A stretch of DNA of 64,000 nucleotides, from NCBI GenBank assembly GCA_002633005.1, contig NMRA01000242.1, positions 408,868 through 472,867 on the forward strand. Reading direction: 5' to 3'. The DNA comes from Phoronis australis. Lineage: Eukaryota > Animalia > Phoronida. The notes beneath the pieces were generated by a model. It did no database searches, was not told where the DNA came from, and saw nothing but the letters and a program-made list of their open reading frames with translations. Numbering within the stretch: the first letter of the stretch is position 1; each line of letters begins with the position of its first letter. Shown in pieces: positions 39,134 through 52,002 of this stretch. Position numbers and translations under genes: made by a program.

Positions 39134-40050
39134 AGCGTGACCAGCCAACTTTTGGTTTTGAGCAACAACAAACTTCAATTCTTTCGAAAACTTGAAATCA
39201 CCTCAAATTCGCCTCAGGAACAATTTGAGACTTACTTCATTGTGGTAAGGCCTTTCAACTAAAATTTACTTTTGTGGTGGAAAGTTGCGTCGCCCCTGTA
39301 AGTGTTGGAATGATGATCTCAGCCCAACTATCTCTTATGTGGTGGAAAGGTGCGTAGCCCCTGTGAGTATTTGAATAATGCTCTCAGCCCAACTATCTCT
39401 TTTTTTGCCCAACTAAATGAACAAATGTATGGGCGATCACAGCCTTGATCCCTTTCCCAAAATCATGTTACTGACTGTACTCTCTGTTTCAGTGACACTT
39501 GTGTAAAGCGCATTATATAGTTATCATGGAGAAGGATTGAAATATTTAAGTAATGTAATCAGCTTTACCTGATTAGTGTCAAGCTGATTGTGTAATGCCT
39601 ATTGTAGGTATGAGAAATCTGTGACAGCCTGGTTGTCATGGTTACCTCATTAACTTGAACCCTTACCAGCTTTTTATACATTTAAATTACTTATCATGTG
39701 TTGAAGCTGTGCATTTTGCAAATCTATGTGTTTGACAATGTCTTTCATGGTCAATGACAATATTTTGGGGTTATCCAAAAGTGCTAGTGATTGTGAGAGG
39801 AAAGAGCTCAAAAATGTATAGACCTTTTGGAAATGGTCTGGACAATCAAATGGCTCCCATGATTGAAATTTTCTGTTCTTCAGAATTGCTCTCACATATG
39901 CCATCTAAGAACCAACTAATCAAGTGCAGCAATGGCTTTCATGATGGCACTCATCAGTATTGCATCGTCACTAAACTGCTGCTTTTTACCACACTTCCAT
40001 CGGTTTGACAATACTGCCATCTGTTTGACAACGCTGTCTTCTCTTTGCAG

Positions 40051-40107
40051 GTCAAGGAGGTTATGGTTATCTAAAGGAATGGATGTGGTGGGCAGGGCTT
40101 ATTATGA
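40051..40107 (+). CDS. NIPA2: NIPA2-like exon (57 bp)
   Basis: ctttgcag| (S)QGGYGYLKEWMWWAGLIM +a|gtacgt, phase 1-1. Confidence 0.93.
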
Positions 40108-40439
40108 GTACGTTATTTACATTCATATTGTGAAATTGGCCGATAGTCATCAGGAATATGGGTGCTACTTGTATTCACAGTCTGAAGTTGACCAATAACC
40201 GTTATGAGAATGGATGCTATTTAAATTCATGCCTTGAAATTTGCCGATGCTCATTATGAGTAAGGGTATGAAGCCAGCACCTTTCGGAACAATTGGTTAT
40301 TCTCCATGCAGTATGTGTTCTGAAATATGTCAAATCAAACATTACAAGTGTACAGTATCAGGAAGGCTCTCCAAATGTCTTGAAATAGCTAGTGGCTGCA
40401 ATCAATTCTGTTAGGTTAGTAGGTGCCAAGAGTCTTTGA

Positions 40440-40594
40440 CAGTGTTGAGTGGTAATATTAGAGGTAAGTGGGCGCCCAGAGCCCATCGTATCACCTTGAG
40501 CACTGAATGTAACTTACGGTGCGTAGACGCTACGTTCAAATGCCAAAAGGTGGTTGGCTGCACCTACTTGCGCCTACGCCCCACTACAGCACTG
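40440..40594 (-). mobile_element. hAT MITE with 8-bp TSD (GTCTTTGA)
   Basis: gtctttga|cagtgttg ... cagcactg|gtctttga. Confidence 0.85.
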
Positions 40595-41022
40595 GTCTTT
40601 GAATTAGTATGTAGATCCACTGTTAAGGTTTTCACGTCACCGAGGGAATAGTTGTGAATTATGTTAGTGTCAGTGCTCTTTCTCAAGCCACTGAATGAAA
40701 GTCATCTCGTAACTGAGATCAAAATTAATTATATTTAATGTTTTTTAAAACTTGCTCACATACCTAATAGGACTTTGTAAACATGCTCGTGTGATAGAAA
40801 TAAGCAACAATCTTCCAAATTCAATATGTGTACTGAAATTAATTCAGTGTACAGATTACTAGTATAGGTAAGTGTATCATAACATACTTAGTATTTGTCA
40901 AGTGACCATTTCTGCACATAGAATAACCAACATTTTAATCTACACAAATGTCCTCATTTTAAAAGAACCTTTTGACGCTTCGCAAAAACTTTATATTAAA
41001 CTAAGGACCTGTTTGAGACCAA

Positions 41023-43011
41023 TTTTTATGCGCCCACATATTTATATGTGGACGCATTATGCCGTCATCTCTGTCCATCCGGCCGTCCGTCCGGGCGTCG
41101 TCCGGCGTCCGCTGCTCTATCTCCAAAAGTCTTTGACATATGTTCATGAAATTTGGCACATATGTTCCATTCATGAATGGGATGGCATGTGCGAACTTTC
41201 GGACGGATCCGACTACCGGTGTGCCCCCTAGTGGCAATTTTAGTTTTTTACGCTTACCTTTGTATCTTCAAAAGTCCTGAACGGATTTTCATGAAATTTG
41301 GTATGTAGGCACCTAGTAGTGAGATGACGCTATCCTGCCGTTTTCAGATGTATTCGACATAGTTTGCGCCACCTAGTGGCCATTTTTAGTGTTTTCGAGT
41401 CTGTTTTTGTGCGTCCACCCCTCTATCAACCAAACCGCTCAAAGGATGATTGTGAAAATTGGCATGTATATGCTTACTATGTAGAGGACGGTTGACGATG
41501 ATTTTCCGACGATTTCGACTACTGTGGCGCCTCCTAGTGGCAGTTTTGTTTTTTTGCGCCTATGGCTGTATCTCCTAAACCGTTCGCAGGATCTTTACGA
41601 AATTGTGTAAGTATATTTATATGATGTTAACAACGGAAGATGACGACTTTTGGACGGATCCGACTACCGGTGTGCCCCCTAGTGGCAATTTTAATTTTTT
41701 TACGCTTACCTTTGTATCTTCACAAGTCCTTATTGGATTTTCATGAAATTTGGTATGTAGGCACCTATTAGTGAGATGACGCTATCCTCCCGTTTTCAGA
41801 TGGATTCGACATAGTTTGCGCCACCTAGTGGCCATTTTTAGTGTTTTCGAGTCTGTTTTTGTGCGTCCACCCCTCTATCAACCAAACCGCTCAAAGGATG
41901 ATTGTGAAAATTGGCATGTATATGCTTACTATGTAGAGGACGGTTGACGATGATTTTCCGACGATTTCGACTACTGTGGCGCCTCCTAGTGGCAGTTTTG
42001 TTTTTTTGCGCCTATGGCTGTATCTCCTAAACCGTTCGCAGGATCTTTACAAATTGTGTAAGTATATTTATATGATGTTAACAACGGAAGATGACGACTT
42101 TTGGTCGGATCCGACTACCGGTGTGCCCCCTAGTGGCAATTTTAGTTTTTTACGCTTACCTTTGTATCTTCAAAAGTATTGAACGGATTTTCATGAAATT
42201 TGGTATGTAGGCACCTATTAGTGAGATGACGCTATCCTACTGTTTTCAGATGGATTCGACGTAGTTTGCGCCACCTAGTGGCCATTTTTACTGTTTTCGA
42301 GTCTGTATTTTTGCGTCCACCCCTCTATCAACCAAACCGCTCAAAGGATGATTGTGAAAATTGGCGTGTATGTGCTTACTATAAGGAAGACAGCTGACAA
42401 TGATTTTCAGACGATTTGGACTACTGTGGCGCCTCCTAGTGGCAGTTTTGTTTTTTTGCGCCCATGGCTGTATCTCCCAAACCGTTTGCAGGATCTTTAC
42501 TAAATTTAGCAAGTGTATTTATGTGATGTTGACAACGGACGATGACGACTTTAGGATGATTCTGATTACCGGTATGCCTCTAGTGGCAATTTTAGTATTT
42601 GCCTCTAGTGGCAATTTTAGTATTTTACATTGACCTCTGTATTTTCATAGGTCTTCAGGTGTATACTTTGTGTTACTTCGTGACTGTGAAGGAAAAGTTC
42701 CAAGTAGAAATTTGTTTCTGGCATTCTAATGCTGTGCTAATCTCGTATGTTGGTAAATTTGTTTTTAATTCTATGTTTCTGTGGTGCTTTAAGCAACTGG
42801 TGTATAGGATGTGCTTGTATTATGAAGATTACTCACATTTTGCCCCTAGCCTATTGAGGAGACAAGGACCATGCCTTTCCATTTTGCAAAGTACAACATA
42901 CTACATATATGCCCTCTACTGGCCACTTTATGGTACCAATAAACAACACTAGAAGGATACCGTATGCGGTGCAATTGTGGGCGCATTTCAACGCTCTGCG
43001 TTGCTCTTGTT
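41023..43011 (+). mobile_element. HINE/DINE-1-like element, copy 2 (full length)
   Basis: 5' T-run plus hairpin atgcgcccacata..tatgtggacgcat, GTCC repeats, three ~451-bp internal units, 3' subTIR tgtgggcgcat, stem-loop and ttgtt end. Confidence 0.9.
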
Positions 43012-43188
43012 ATATCAGTACGTGACCTTAATCTTGTTCTATTTGACAGAAGGCATGGTTTTAATTGTTGTTTAAGTAGAACCCTGCACTGTTGCTAGGC
43101 CCAGCCGTGCTCCAGTCTTTCTCTCAATATTATGCTCTCATTGTAGCTGTGCTCCAGTCTTTCTCTCAATATTATGCTTTCATTGCAG

Positions 43189-43279
43189 TGGGCGGTGGTG
43201 AAGCTGCCAACTTTGCTGCTTATGCATTCGCCCCAGCTACACTTGTGACTCCTCTGGGTGCACTTAGTGTATTGATAAG
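43189..43279 (+). CDS. NIPA2: NIPA2-like exon (91 bp)
   Basis: cattgcag| (M)[29 protein letters not shown] +ag|gtgaga. NIPA signature. Confidence 0.95.
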
Positions 43280-44033
43280 GTGAGATGTCAAGCACAACAC
43301 AATACGTAGTTCTTGAAAATAAGAAACCTAAAGCAAGTCTTCATTACCATTTGGCATCCACTGCTGCACTTTGCCCGGTGTTCATCAAGTGTGCCAGTTG
43401 TGTTCCTATGAAGTGGACAAACTTCACGGCATTCTGTTAGCTACTGTGTTTTTACTGGTTGTATATTAATAATAAAAATGATTGCAGGTGGTCAGGTACA
43501 CACTGTACCAGACGTGTGCAGGTGGGCCCATTGCACTGATCACCTGGAACCATGTTTATGCTTTATTAATATATAGTAAAAAAGCGGTGAGGAGCTAGAG
43601 ATCTGATCTAGCAGTGTGCCTCAGTGGGAATTGAACCTATCCCGCGAGGTCTCACTGTGATATTCGTATCAAGGAGACTTCATTATTAACAGAATTTTGG
43701 ATGGATTAGACTGCTGTTGCATCTTTTTCTAGTCAAGATTTTTTGAGAGGCATAGTTGTATGAAGATGTTTTACTTGCATTTAGCTCGAATGCATAAGAT
43801 GTGGACCTGAAGGTGAACCTGAATTATATTAAATTAAGCACCATGTGCATACGTTATCTGGAAATGTGTTCAATTTTATCACAAGTCTGAAAACCAGTTT
43901 GAGTGATAACTAAAGATCAACCATTTCACTTTTTCTAATCTTATTCTTGTTGACGTTAATTCATTTGGCAGTAGCATTTTTTTATTGTGTCGCCCCCTTC
44001 TGTCAAGTAACAGTCCTTACTATACATTGCCAG

Positions 44034-44194
44034 TGCTGTGTTGGCTTCTAAGCTGCTCAAAGAGAGACTGAACCTGATTGGTAAGGTGGGCTGTGGCCTG
44101 TGTGTGGTGGGATCTACTGTAGTGGTGATACATGCGCCCAAGGAGTCGGAGGTAGAGAGCATGCAGGCACTTGCTGATAGGATGAAGGACGCAG
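44034..44194 (+). CDS. NIPA2: NIPA2-like exon (161 bp)
   Basis: attgccag| (S)AVLASKLLKERLNLIGKVGCGLCVVGSTVVVIHAPKESEVESMQALADRMKDA +g|gtacag. Confidence 0.95.
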
Positions 44195-45107
44195 GTACAG
44201 TTCACTACCGCATGGCCACACTTGCTCTTAATAATGGGCTTTCCCACAATTTTAGTGCCGTTCTTGAAGTTCCATGTACCCCTAATTGTTGTCTTCCTGT
44301 TAGTAACCAGTAGCTCAGCCCATAAAGGTATGTATTTTTGAAACTATGAGGCGGATTTTTCATGCCTTTCATGATGCTGCTACTCTTGTGATGGTATGGT
44401 CATGCATTTGTCAAAACTATATCTGCACTAAAATTTGATAAAAAGACTCAAAGACCTTTTCAGTGTTTTCCCATAAATTGAGATGAGTGAGGTCGGTGTT
44501 TGCATTAGCTAACAATTTCGACTTAGATTGTTTTAGATGTTAAGACTTCCCTTATTAAAAGTGGTTCCACTTTTTAATTCACCATGCTTCTCTGGACACA
44601 GTTACATGTTTAACCTTGTGCATTTAGGATTCAAAGTAGGGTATTTGTAAACGTAATTTAACTTGTTCTATCAGCTCAGAGATGCTTCCTTGAATTTTCT
44701 CAGAGCTTGGTTGTACAACCAAATTTAATGAGCTTACATGAGTTGTGTTTTCCATATTCAACTATGTGTTTTGTAGTAAGGTTTGAAAATATGCTTGTTT
44801 TTGGATGGAGCCAATTGAAATGTTGTCAGTCATTGGCGTCAGTTGTGAATTATTTCTCCAACCTAGCAGTGTGAGAAGTGTGCCTGCATGTGGTGAGGGG
44901 TGTGTCTGTAAAATATCGCGGTGTGCCAGTGTGAGGGAGGTGCCAGTGCTGTGTCAAGGGTGTGACAGTGTTGTGCTGTGCTGTTTTTTGAAATAAATGC
45001 TGTGGGAAGAGTAAAGGATTGAGGTGTGTACTTTTTAAAATAGCTTCAGATAGTTAGTGATTAGCACTGGTGATATTATAGCTGTGATTTGTCTTCTTGT
45101 TCTGCAG

Positions 45108-45751
45108 GCTTCATTACTTATGTGTTCATCGTGGCCATCGTCAGTGTCGTGCTCATCTTCTACTACAGTCCTCGCTACGGCACGTCCAATGTGCTCATCT
45201 ATGTCTCCATCTGCTCTGTCATTGGTTCGCTTTCTGTCCAGGGTTGTAAGGGCCTTGGCATGGCCATCAAGCAGACATTCGCGGGTGAGCAGCAGTTTAC
45301 CAACTGGCTGACCTACCTATTCCTGTTCCAAGTTGTATTCTGTGTCTCTATACAGATCAACTACTTGAACAGAGCACTCGACGTCTTCAACACGTCAGTG
45401 GTGACACCTATCTACTATGTATTCTTCACTACATTTGTAATCATCGCTTCTGCAATTCTGTTCAAGGAGTGGGGCAACATGAGTGTTATTAACATTATGG
45501 GGACCATATCTGGATTTCTGACTATTGTCTGTGCAATATTTTTGATTAATGCATTTAAAGACATGGACGTATCTCTGCGCAACTTACCAAAGGCTAGGAA
45601 GTCAGAATCACCCATTGTAAACTCTATGTCAAATGGGGGTGTGTCATATTCCAGACACGATGAGACTAGTTTACTAGTGACCTCTGGTGGTGAGGAAGAA
45701 GAGGAAATCAGTGGTATAGAAACGTCATTTAGTGTTGTTCAAAGAGGATGA
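45108..45751 (+). CDS. NIPA2: NIPA2-like last coding exon
   Basis: ttctgcag| GFITYVF...ICSVIGSLSVQGCKGLG...QINYLNRALDVFNTSVVTPIYYVFFTTFVIIASAILFKEW...*. The spliced CDS from ATG 32466 is 368 aa. Confidence 0.96.
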
Positions 45752-46919
45752 CGCATTTGTTCAATATTGATTGTTGTACGGATTTGTAAATTGTACAGAA
45801 TATATTTTTAATCGTACAGTGTACAGTCTGCACATATCAGGGTGACATTTTGAATTGATGTATTTGTTATAATGTAAAATTGTTTCTCTACTCCTGGAAA
45901 CATGTAATCAAAATGTCTGTGGGGTTCAATTTATGTTTTGCTACTAATGGTTGATGAATGATTAACTGTTGCTTCTACAGCTGCCTCATTCACATTGGGA
46001 GCAGGATCAGCCCTGGGGTGTCGCACCTGACAATTTCATAGGTGTGGAAGAAAAGTACCACATGTCAAACACTACTACCACAAATCCGTGGATATTTCAC
46101 AGGTGACATTGCTGAATTTGGGATAGTTCTAGCTACTCCATTTGAGATGTATTTTTAACTTTCATTGTCAAGTTCTATAGAAACGAAATGAGTAAGAGCA
46201 GGAATTCTTGAAATTGGAAATAATAATGGTCTTGTGTGAGCTAGTAAAGTCTCGTACCCTGTGCCTAGTCAGTTGAATTGTTGCATTGATTTATTATCCA
46301 CTTGTGGCATCATTTCTTAAGTCAAATGTCAAATTGTTGTGGACCTGAGCTGGGACTAGTGTCTAGAAGTCATGGATGTCTCGGCCATGGAGTATGTAGT
46401 TATCAGAATGGAAATTTAGAGAACACAACTTACAGTTAGAACTGCAGACGTTTTCTGAGTGCGTTCACTGAGTCTCCTTTTCAGTTTAAACAGGTTATAT
46501 CCAACTATCATTGAAACTTGTTTAAAAAAGGCTCAAAATCCTTCTTGTGGTAAGTAAAATATGCCATGCTTATAAAAAAAAAACCTTCTAAAGGTAACAT
46601 TTCTAATTTGAGGAAAGGATGTTACATTCTACATGAGGTTCATTGGTAGTAATATTTTTTTTTGTAAATTGTAAAAATGTGATGTCAAAATAATTTATGT
46701 AATGTTCGTGTGTAAATTTTTATCATCTGTCAATCGGACATAATTCTGGTTTACATGAAGGTATCCTTTCTGAAAATCTTGATGGTGCAATGGGAGACTT
46801 TCAAATAGCAACTTGGGGAATGGCCACATGGGACCGGATACCAGTGACCTCTAGAGGACGGGAAGGCACTTTAAAACTTTTGTTCAGAACACATCACACT
46901 AAATCCCGTTGTCGGATAG

Positions 46920-48802
46920 ATTTCACGTATATCATGAAATTCAGTAAAACGGTTTCTGTTTAGGACACCACGGCATCTTCTCGTTTTCTGCACCACTCCG
47001 TGGCCATTTTAGTTTTTTGAGTATATTTTTGACATCTCCCTCTCCATTCACCAAACCGCTTGAAGTATTTTCAACTACTCTACCCCCTAGTGGATTATTT
47101 TTGTTCCACGGCTGTATCTCCCCTACCCTTTGCAAGATCTTTCTGAAATTTTGCAGATGTGTTCCTAAGGAGATGACATCAGATGACGACCAGTTTCATA
47201 CCAATCCAACTACAGCTGCGCTCCCTAGTGGAAATTTTATTTTTTATGTTTGCCTCTGTAACTTCCTTGAGTTCCTTGATACTTTTCATGATGTTGAACA
47301 AACAAATTTTTAATATGAAGAGGACAGCATCTTTCCTTTTTGTGTTGGATTACACGCATTCTGAACCAACTAGTGGCCGTTTTAATTCTTTTTTAGTCAG
47401 TTTTTGTCTTTTGCTTCTGTATCTGTCAAACCATGCAGAGGATCATTATGAAAATTGGCAGATGTGTTCCTTCTGACAAGAGCATGAGTGACGTGGATTT
47501 TCAAACGGGTCCAACTAGGCTAGTGTGGTGAACCCCAGTAATATTCTTTCACATCTACGACTGTATCTGCCAGACGTTTTTGAAATTTTGCAATTGCATT
47601 CCTGTTAACTTGGCAGGAGATAGATGGCAATTTTATTCTTTACGTTTTCCTGTGTATCTTCGGAGTTCAGTGATGGATTTTCATGAAACCTGGGAAATTG
47701 GATTTTTTAAGGAGATGGCATTGCAGATGTGTGCTTATGATGGTGAATAGTGGCAATTTTATTTTTTTGCGGTTGCCCGTGTATCTTTGGAATTCGTGGA
47801 TAGATTTTCATGAAAATTGGCAAATTGGTTTCTGTGAAGGAGACGACGACGCCTTTTCATTTTCCAATAGCTTTGGCGATTCTGCGCCACCTAGTGACCA
47901 TGTTCCGACTTTTCGAGTCAATGTTTTGGAGTCAGTGTTTTAGCTTCTGTATCTGCCTAATCGGGCTGAGGATCACCGTGAAAATTGGCAGATGGGTTCC
48001 TATTGACAAGAGCATAACTGACGTGGATTTTCAAACGGGTCCAACTACTGTGGTGCCCCCTAGTGATGTTTCATCGACTGTATTGTGCGTTTCTTGCTCA
48101 ATTTCAAGATAGGGTTTGCTTGATTTTGGAATACACGAGGAAACTTGACAAGTTCACTCAAATCACGTTCACGTTGATAAAAATTTGCACTGCACTAAAA
48201 CAAACTACATGTTTTTGTTAATAAAATAACGCAAATTTTAACTAATCTTTTTGCGATCTTATCCACCAAACAATAATCGATTTAACAATTTACATATTCC
48301 TCTGATTCTTTGACACAAGTTATGCTAAAGGAGAAAATGGATGACCACGAAGCCAGTAATTACAAAAGTTCTTTACTCTGAATAAAAAATTCACCTGATT
48401 GCCCAAATGAATATTCAGTTCCAAGTTTACGCATACGCGATCGTAAGATTAAGCAGGATTTTAAGTTCTTGCACAGCAGTACCTCCTCAACCCCATGCAA
48501 GTTGTTTTTAAAATTTTGCAATCGTATGCCGAACTTGACGGCAAATGGACGGATTCGACCACTGCTGTGGTTCCTAATGGCACTTGACGTTTGTCGTTGT
48601 ATCTTTGGATTTCTTTGACCGATTTTCATGAAATTTGGCGAATAATTTTGGTAGACGACGACACCTTCCCCTTTTTGGTTGGGTTAAATGTAATCTGTAC
48701 CGGTACCTTCTAATGGCCATTTTTATGATACAAATAAATACCCTTAGAAGCACACCGTCTACGGTGCAGTCGTGGGCGCATGTCAACGCTCCGCGTTGCT
48801 TT
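46920..48802 (+). mobile_element. Older, diverged HINE-like element, copy 3
   Basis: Degenerate cc.ctagtgg units and catgaaaattggca motifs. 3' end gtgggcgcatgtcaacgctccgcgttg. The 5' boundary is approximate. Confidence 0.75.
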
Positions 48803-49237
48803 CGAATGTAACTAATGAAAATGTGACCCTTGAGGTCAAAAAGTAATGCTGCGGGTCATCATCAGAGCCTTGTTTAATATATGCCATGGCATAGTATACA
48901 TTCGGTCATTTTTCAAGAGGCAGTGGCAAGCAGAGTCGACTTGAGGGAGCACTACATCGAGGTGGTGGAGCAACAAATCCGACGCTGACCCGTAGACATG
49001 ATCAACCATCATCGCTTTTTTCTGTCCATCAGTTCTGCCACGTTTTTCTACAAAAATACTTCAAACGTCCTATATTATAAACACTCTGTCTAGCTCTATA
49101 TACGTGTATCCTCTTGATCATTTCATATTACAAAAGCGTCTGGCATACCCCTCAACTGCATTCCTGAGGATGTCTTCAAAGTCGGGTTGCATGAGACACT
49201 GCCTAAAATGGCGTCGATCAATGGGGCTTTACCTCCT

Positions 49238-49257
49238 TTACCTCTTCTTCTTTTTTG
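49238..49257 (-). CDS. Candidate terminal micro-exon B of SAMD9-like gene ((A)KKKKR*)
   Basis: Acceptor ctgttttccctgtttaag|, phase 1. The exon and the ~30 nt downstream resemble 51971-52002. Confidence 0.4.
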
Positions 49258-49667
49258 CTTAAACAGGGAAAACAGTAATTTATTCATGTCGCCAGTAAAA
49301 CGAGTTTACACACAGTGACAATATTGTACGTGCAAGTCGTCATTACACACTAGCATTGGTATCTTGACGTGTACTTGGCCGCGGTACGCCTTTTTGACTC
49401 GGTTGTAAGACAAGCGAGGCACATGAAATGATACTAACATTTTCATTAAGGAGCGTAGATTCGCAAGCTGATATCAAACCATTTTTTGTTCAGGTAATCG
49501 GCGTATTTCCCTCCATTATGTTTTCGCGGCCTAAAATGATAAAACTGCCAACTCAGACAGCGAGTTTAATCTCCAGTAACAACTATTCATCAGTTTTACC
49601 CACGAACCGGAAATATTGCATGTAAGTTACAAGTTGAAACCAATACTATATTGTGGTAAGTGGTCTG

Positions 49668-49949
49668 CAGGGACGAGTCCAGGATTTTGAGTTGGGGTAT
49701 TTGCCAGGAATGCGGTGATGTGTCCCCATGAGTCATAATCAGGTGATTAGTTTAATGGGCCTGGCCTTGTGGCCTAACCACGCCTGATGTACCGCAAAAG
49801 GCATCAGGCCACCTGCACCTTTTTTTTAGTTAGGACTTTGCCCGTCAGGCATTCGCATCCACGAACTGCCGAATGGGATCTGGGAAAAATTAGGCGGGGG
49901 GGGGGGGTTTAGGGGCATGGCCACCTTGGCCCCCCTATATGCGCCACTG
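49668..49949 (-). mobile_element. hAT-like MITE with 5-bp TSD (GTCTG)
   Basis: gtctg|cagggacg ... gcgccactg|gtctg. Reverse-complement relative of 14620-14776. Confidence 0.75.
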
Positions 49950-51023
49950 GTCTGATTGAAAAGTTCTATTGGTGTTTTTTTATATTGAAACGTGTCTAGT
50001 TCATAACGACTTGATCTTTACAACGGAAACTTCACGTCATTGTCGTTCGCAGACAGGTCACGCCACCTACGAAATTCATCATGGTGACGCAATTGTCCCA
50101 GAAATTTGTGTGAAGCTTCGTCAAAATAGCGTAACCAGTTTACGTCACAGACTGATCGTGTGTCTACGCTTTAAAAAGGCATTGGCCGTTGTTTAGCTGC
50201 CCATGACGAATTCATAACGGGGGCTTTAAATGATAATGAACACGTACGCCTGATATTGAATTGTTGCTGATGACACGGGTGACGCTTGCTTACGCCATTT
50301 TCAGGGCTTGAAATTTTCCTCTTTTAAGATGATTTCCTCTTTTTTGATTTCACTTTCCTCTTATTTGATTTCCAGTTTCCTCTGTTTGTCTTTTTATCAT
50401 TATTTTAACACCATTCATGCAAAAATGTTCATTTCAATTACATTTTACAAAACAAAAACATTTCTATCACACAAGCCTATTTATTTGTGGAACGATAATC
50501 ACGTGCAAAAATTTCCTCTTTTTTGTCATTGGTCCCGATTCCTGATTTTCGAATTCACTGCCGACCTCTATAAAATTTTGAGCGTTTTCTTGAATCATTG
50601 GTGGTTTCGATGTTCTTGTTACTAATGGGAATGGAATCTTACCAAGTCCTGACTTTATGAGAGCAAAATGTCCAATTCGATTTCCATTTTAGTCATCTTA
50701 ACAGGGCAAATGCAGTTTCAAATGGAAGTCACGGAAACAATTTGCTTTAATTTCATAATGCTTTGTTCTCTGAGAGATTGAGAAAATTCGTGTTTTGACT
50801 TCATGAAACATACCGTGTTCAACAGCGAGTGAGTCCTTGTGTGTTTGGTTAACTGAAGTGAACACGGAACTGAGCAAGATGTTCTGAGGCGTGTACATAC
50901 TTTCACTATTGTTGCAGACACAGCAGTGAAATTCTCTTGCGATTGTATTAAGGGTTTTACTGGTGCTGCATATAACCCAACACAACTGAATTGTAGTAGC
51001 CATAAGTGCTGACGCAAACCTAC

Positions 51024-51116
51024 CTTTCCGACCACGTTTAGCCTGCGGATGTTGATCTTTTTTTGGAGTCGACGACGTCTGGTGCGAACAAGAACTTGTA
51101 GATCGTGAGCTCGATG
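51024..51116 (-). CDS. Paralogous copy of the end of the SAMD9-like large exon (SSSRSTSS...QAKRGRK)
   Basis: Aligns with 58056-58140, including the donor cggaaag|gta. 93 bp, phase 1-1, preceded by cctacag|. An N lies at 51124. Confidence 0.5.
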
Positions 51117-51243
51117 CTGTAGGNTAGGGGGCGAATATATCTTAATAATATAATCATGTCTAGGGCACTCCTGTTACAGTAACCAAGGCCAACAATTGCA
51201 TTAGGGAAGACTCCTTTGCAGATTAATTTTGTAGCCTCATGTA

Positions 51244-51655
51244 CCCGGTTGCATAAAACAGTCCCAAGTAGGGACTCAACTAAATTCCCTAAATCTTTTT
51301 CATACTTGTTTCGTTCTTTAGGCACAGATGTAATATTTTGTCTATAATTTTACCTTTTTTGTGAGCTCTTCTTTGACTAATGACATTTTCTAATAATATA
51401 ACTTAAAACTGAGTCCTTAATTCAATCAAAACAGTTAAGGACTTAATCCTTAAATTGGGGGCGTTGCATGAAAAGATCTTTACTTATTTTCAGTAATATT
51501 GAGAATTCAAACTTGATTTCAGTATCAATTTGTATGAAAGCCAGAAATTGGAATAGTAATGATAGGAAAATCAGTGTTTCCATAAGCCCACAAACACGTA
51601 GAAGATTTAGGGACCTTAGTTGAGTCCCTATTTGGGACTGTTCCATGCAACCGGG
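51244..51655. mobile_element. MITE with ~57-bp TIRs
   Basis: cccggttgcataaaacagtcccaagtagggactcaactaa... / ...ttagttgagtccctatttgggactgttccatgcaaccggg. Confidence 0.8.
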
Positions 51656-51970
51656 CAACGATGTCCACATAGTCAGCTGGCTTTGTGTTCTATTTGGGTG
51701 ACAATTTGTCCACGTGTGAAGTAGGAGTGACATACTGTTATCACAATGTGCATTTATGTCTAGGATCCAAATTTTAGAACATTATATGGCAGAAATGTCT
51801 CATGGATTCATATAAACTTTTTGGAACTAGCATTTTATGTAACAAATGTTATACACGGGTGTAACATGTGATACTTCAATCTTGTCGACAGGCACACTCA
51901 TGTTAACCATCCTTCAGTTCAACGCAGTCAAATTTACAAAACGCCTTAAGTCGAGTCTACCACAGGGTCT

Positions 51971-52002
51971 TTACTTCTTTTTCTTGTTTTTCTTCTTTTT
52001 TC
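51971..52002 (-). CDS. Candidate terminal exon A of SAMD9-like gene ((G)KKKKNKKKK*)
   Basis: Acceptor gttgttcgcgtttcag|, phase 1, matching the donor at 58056. Confidence 0.5.
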
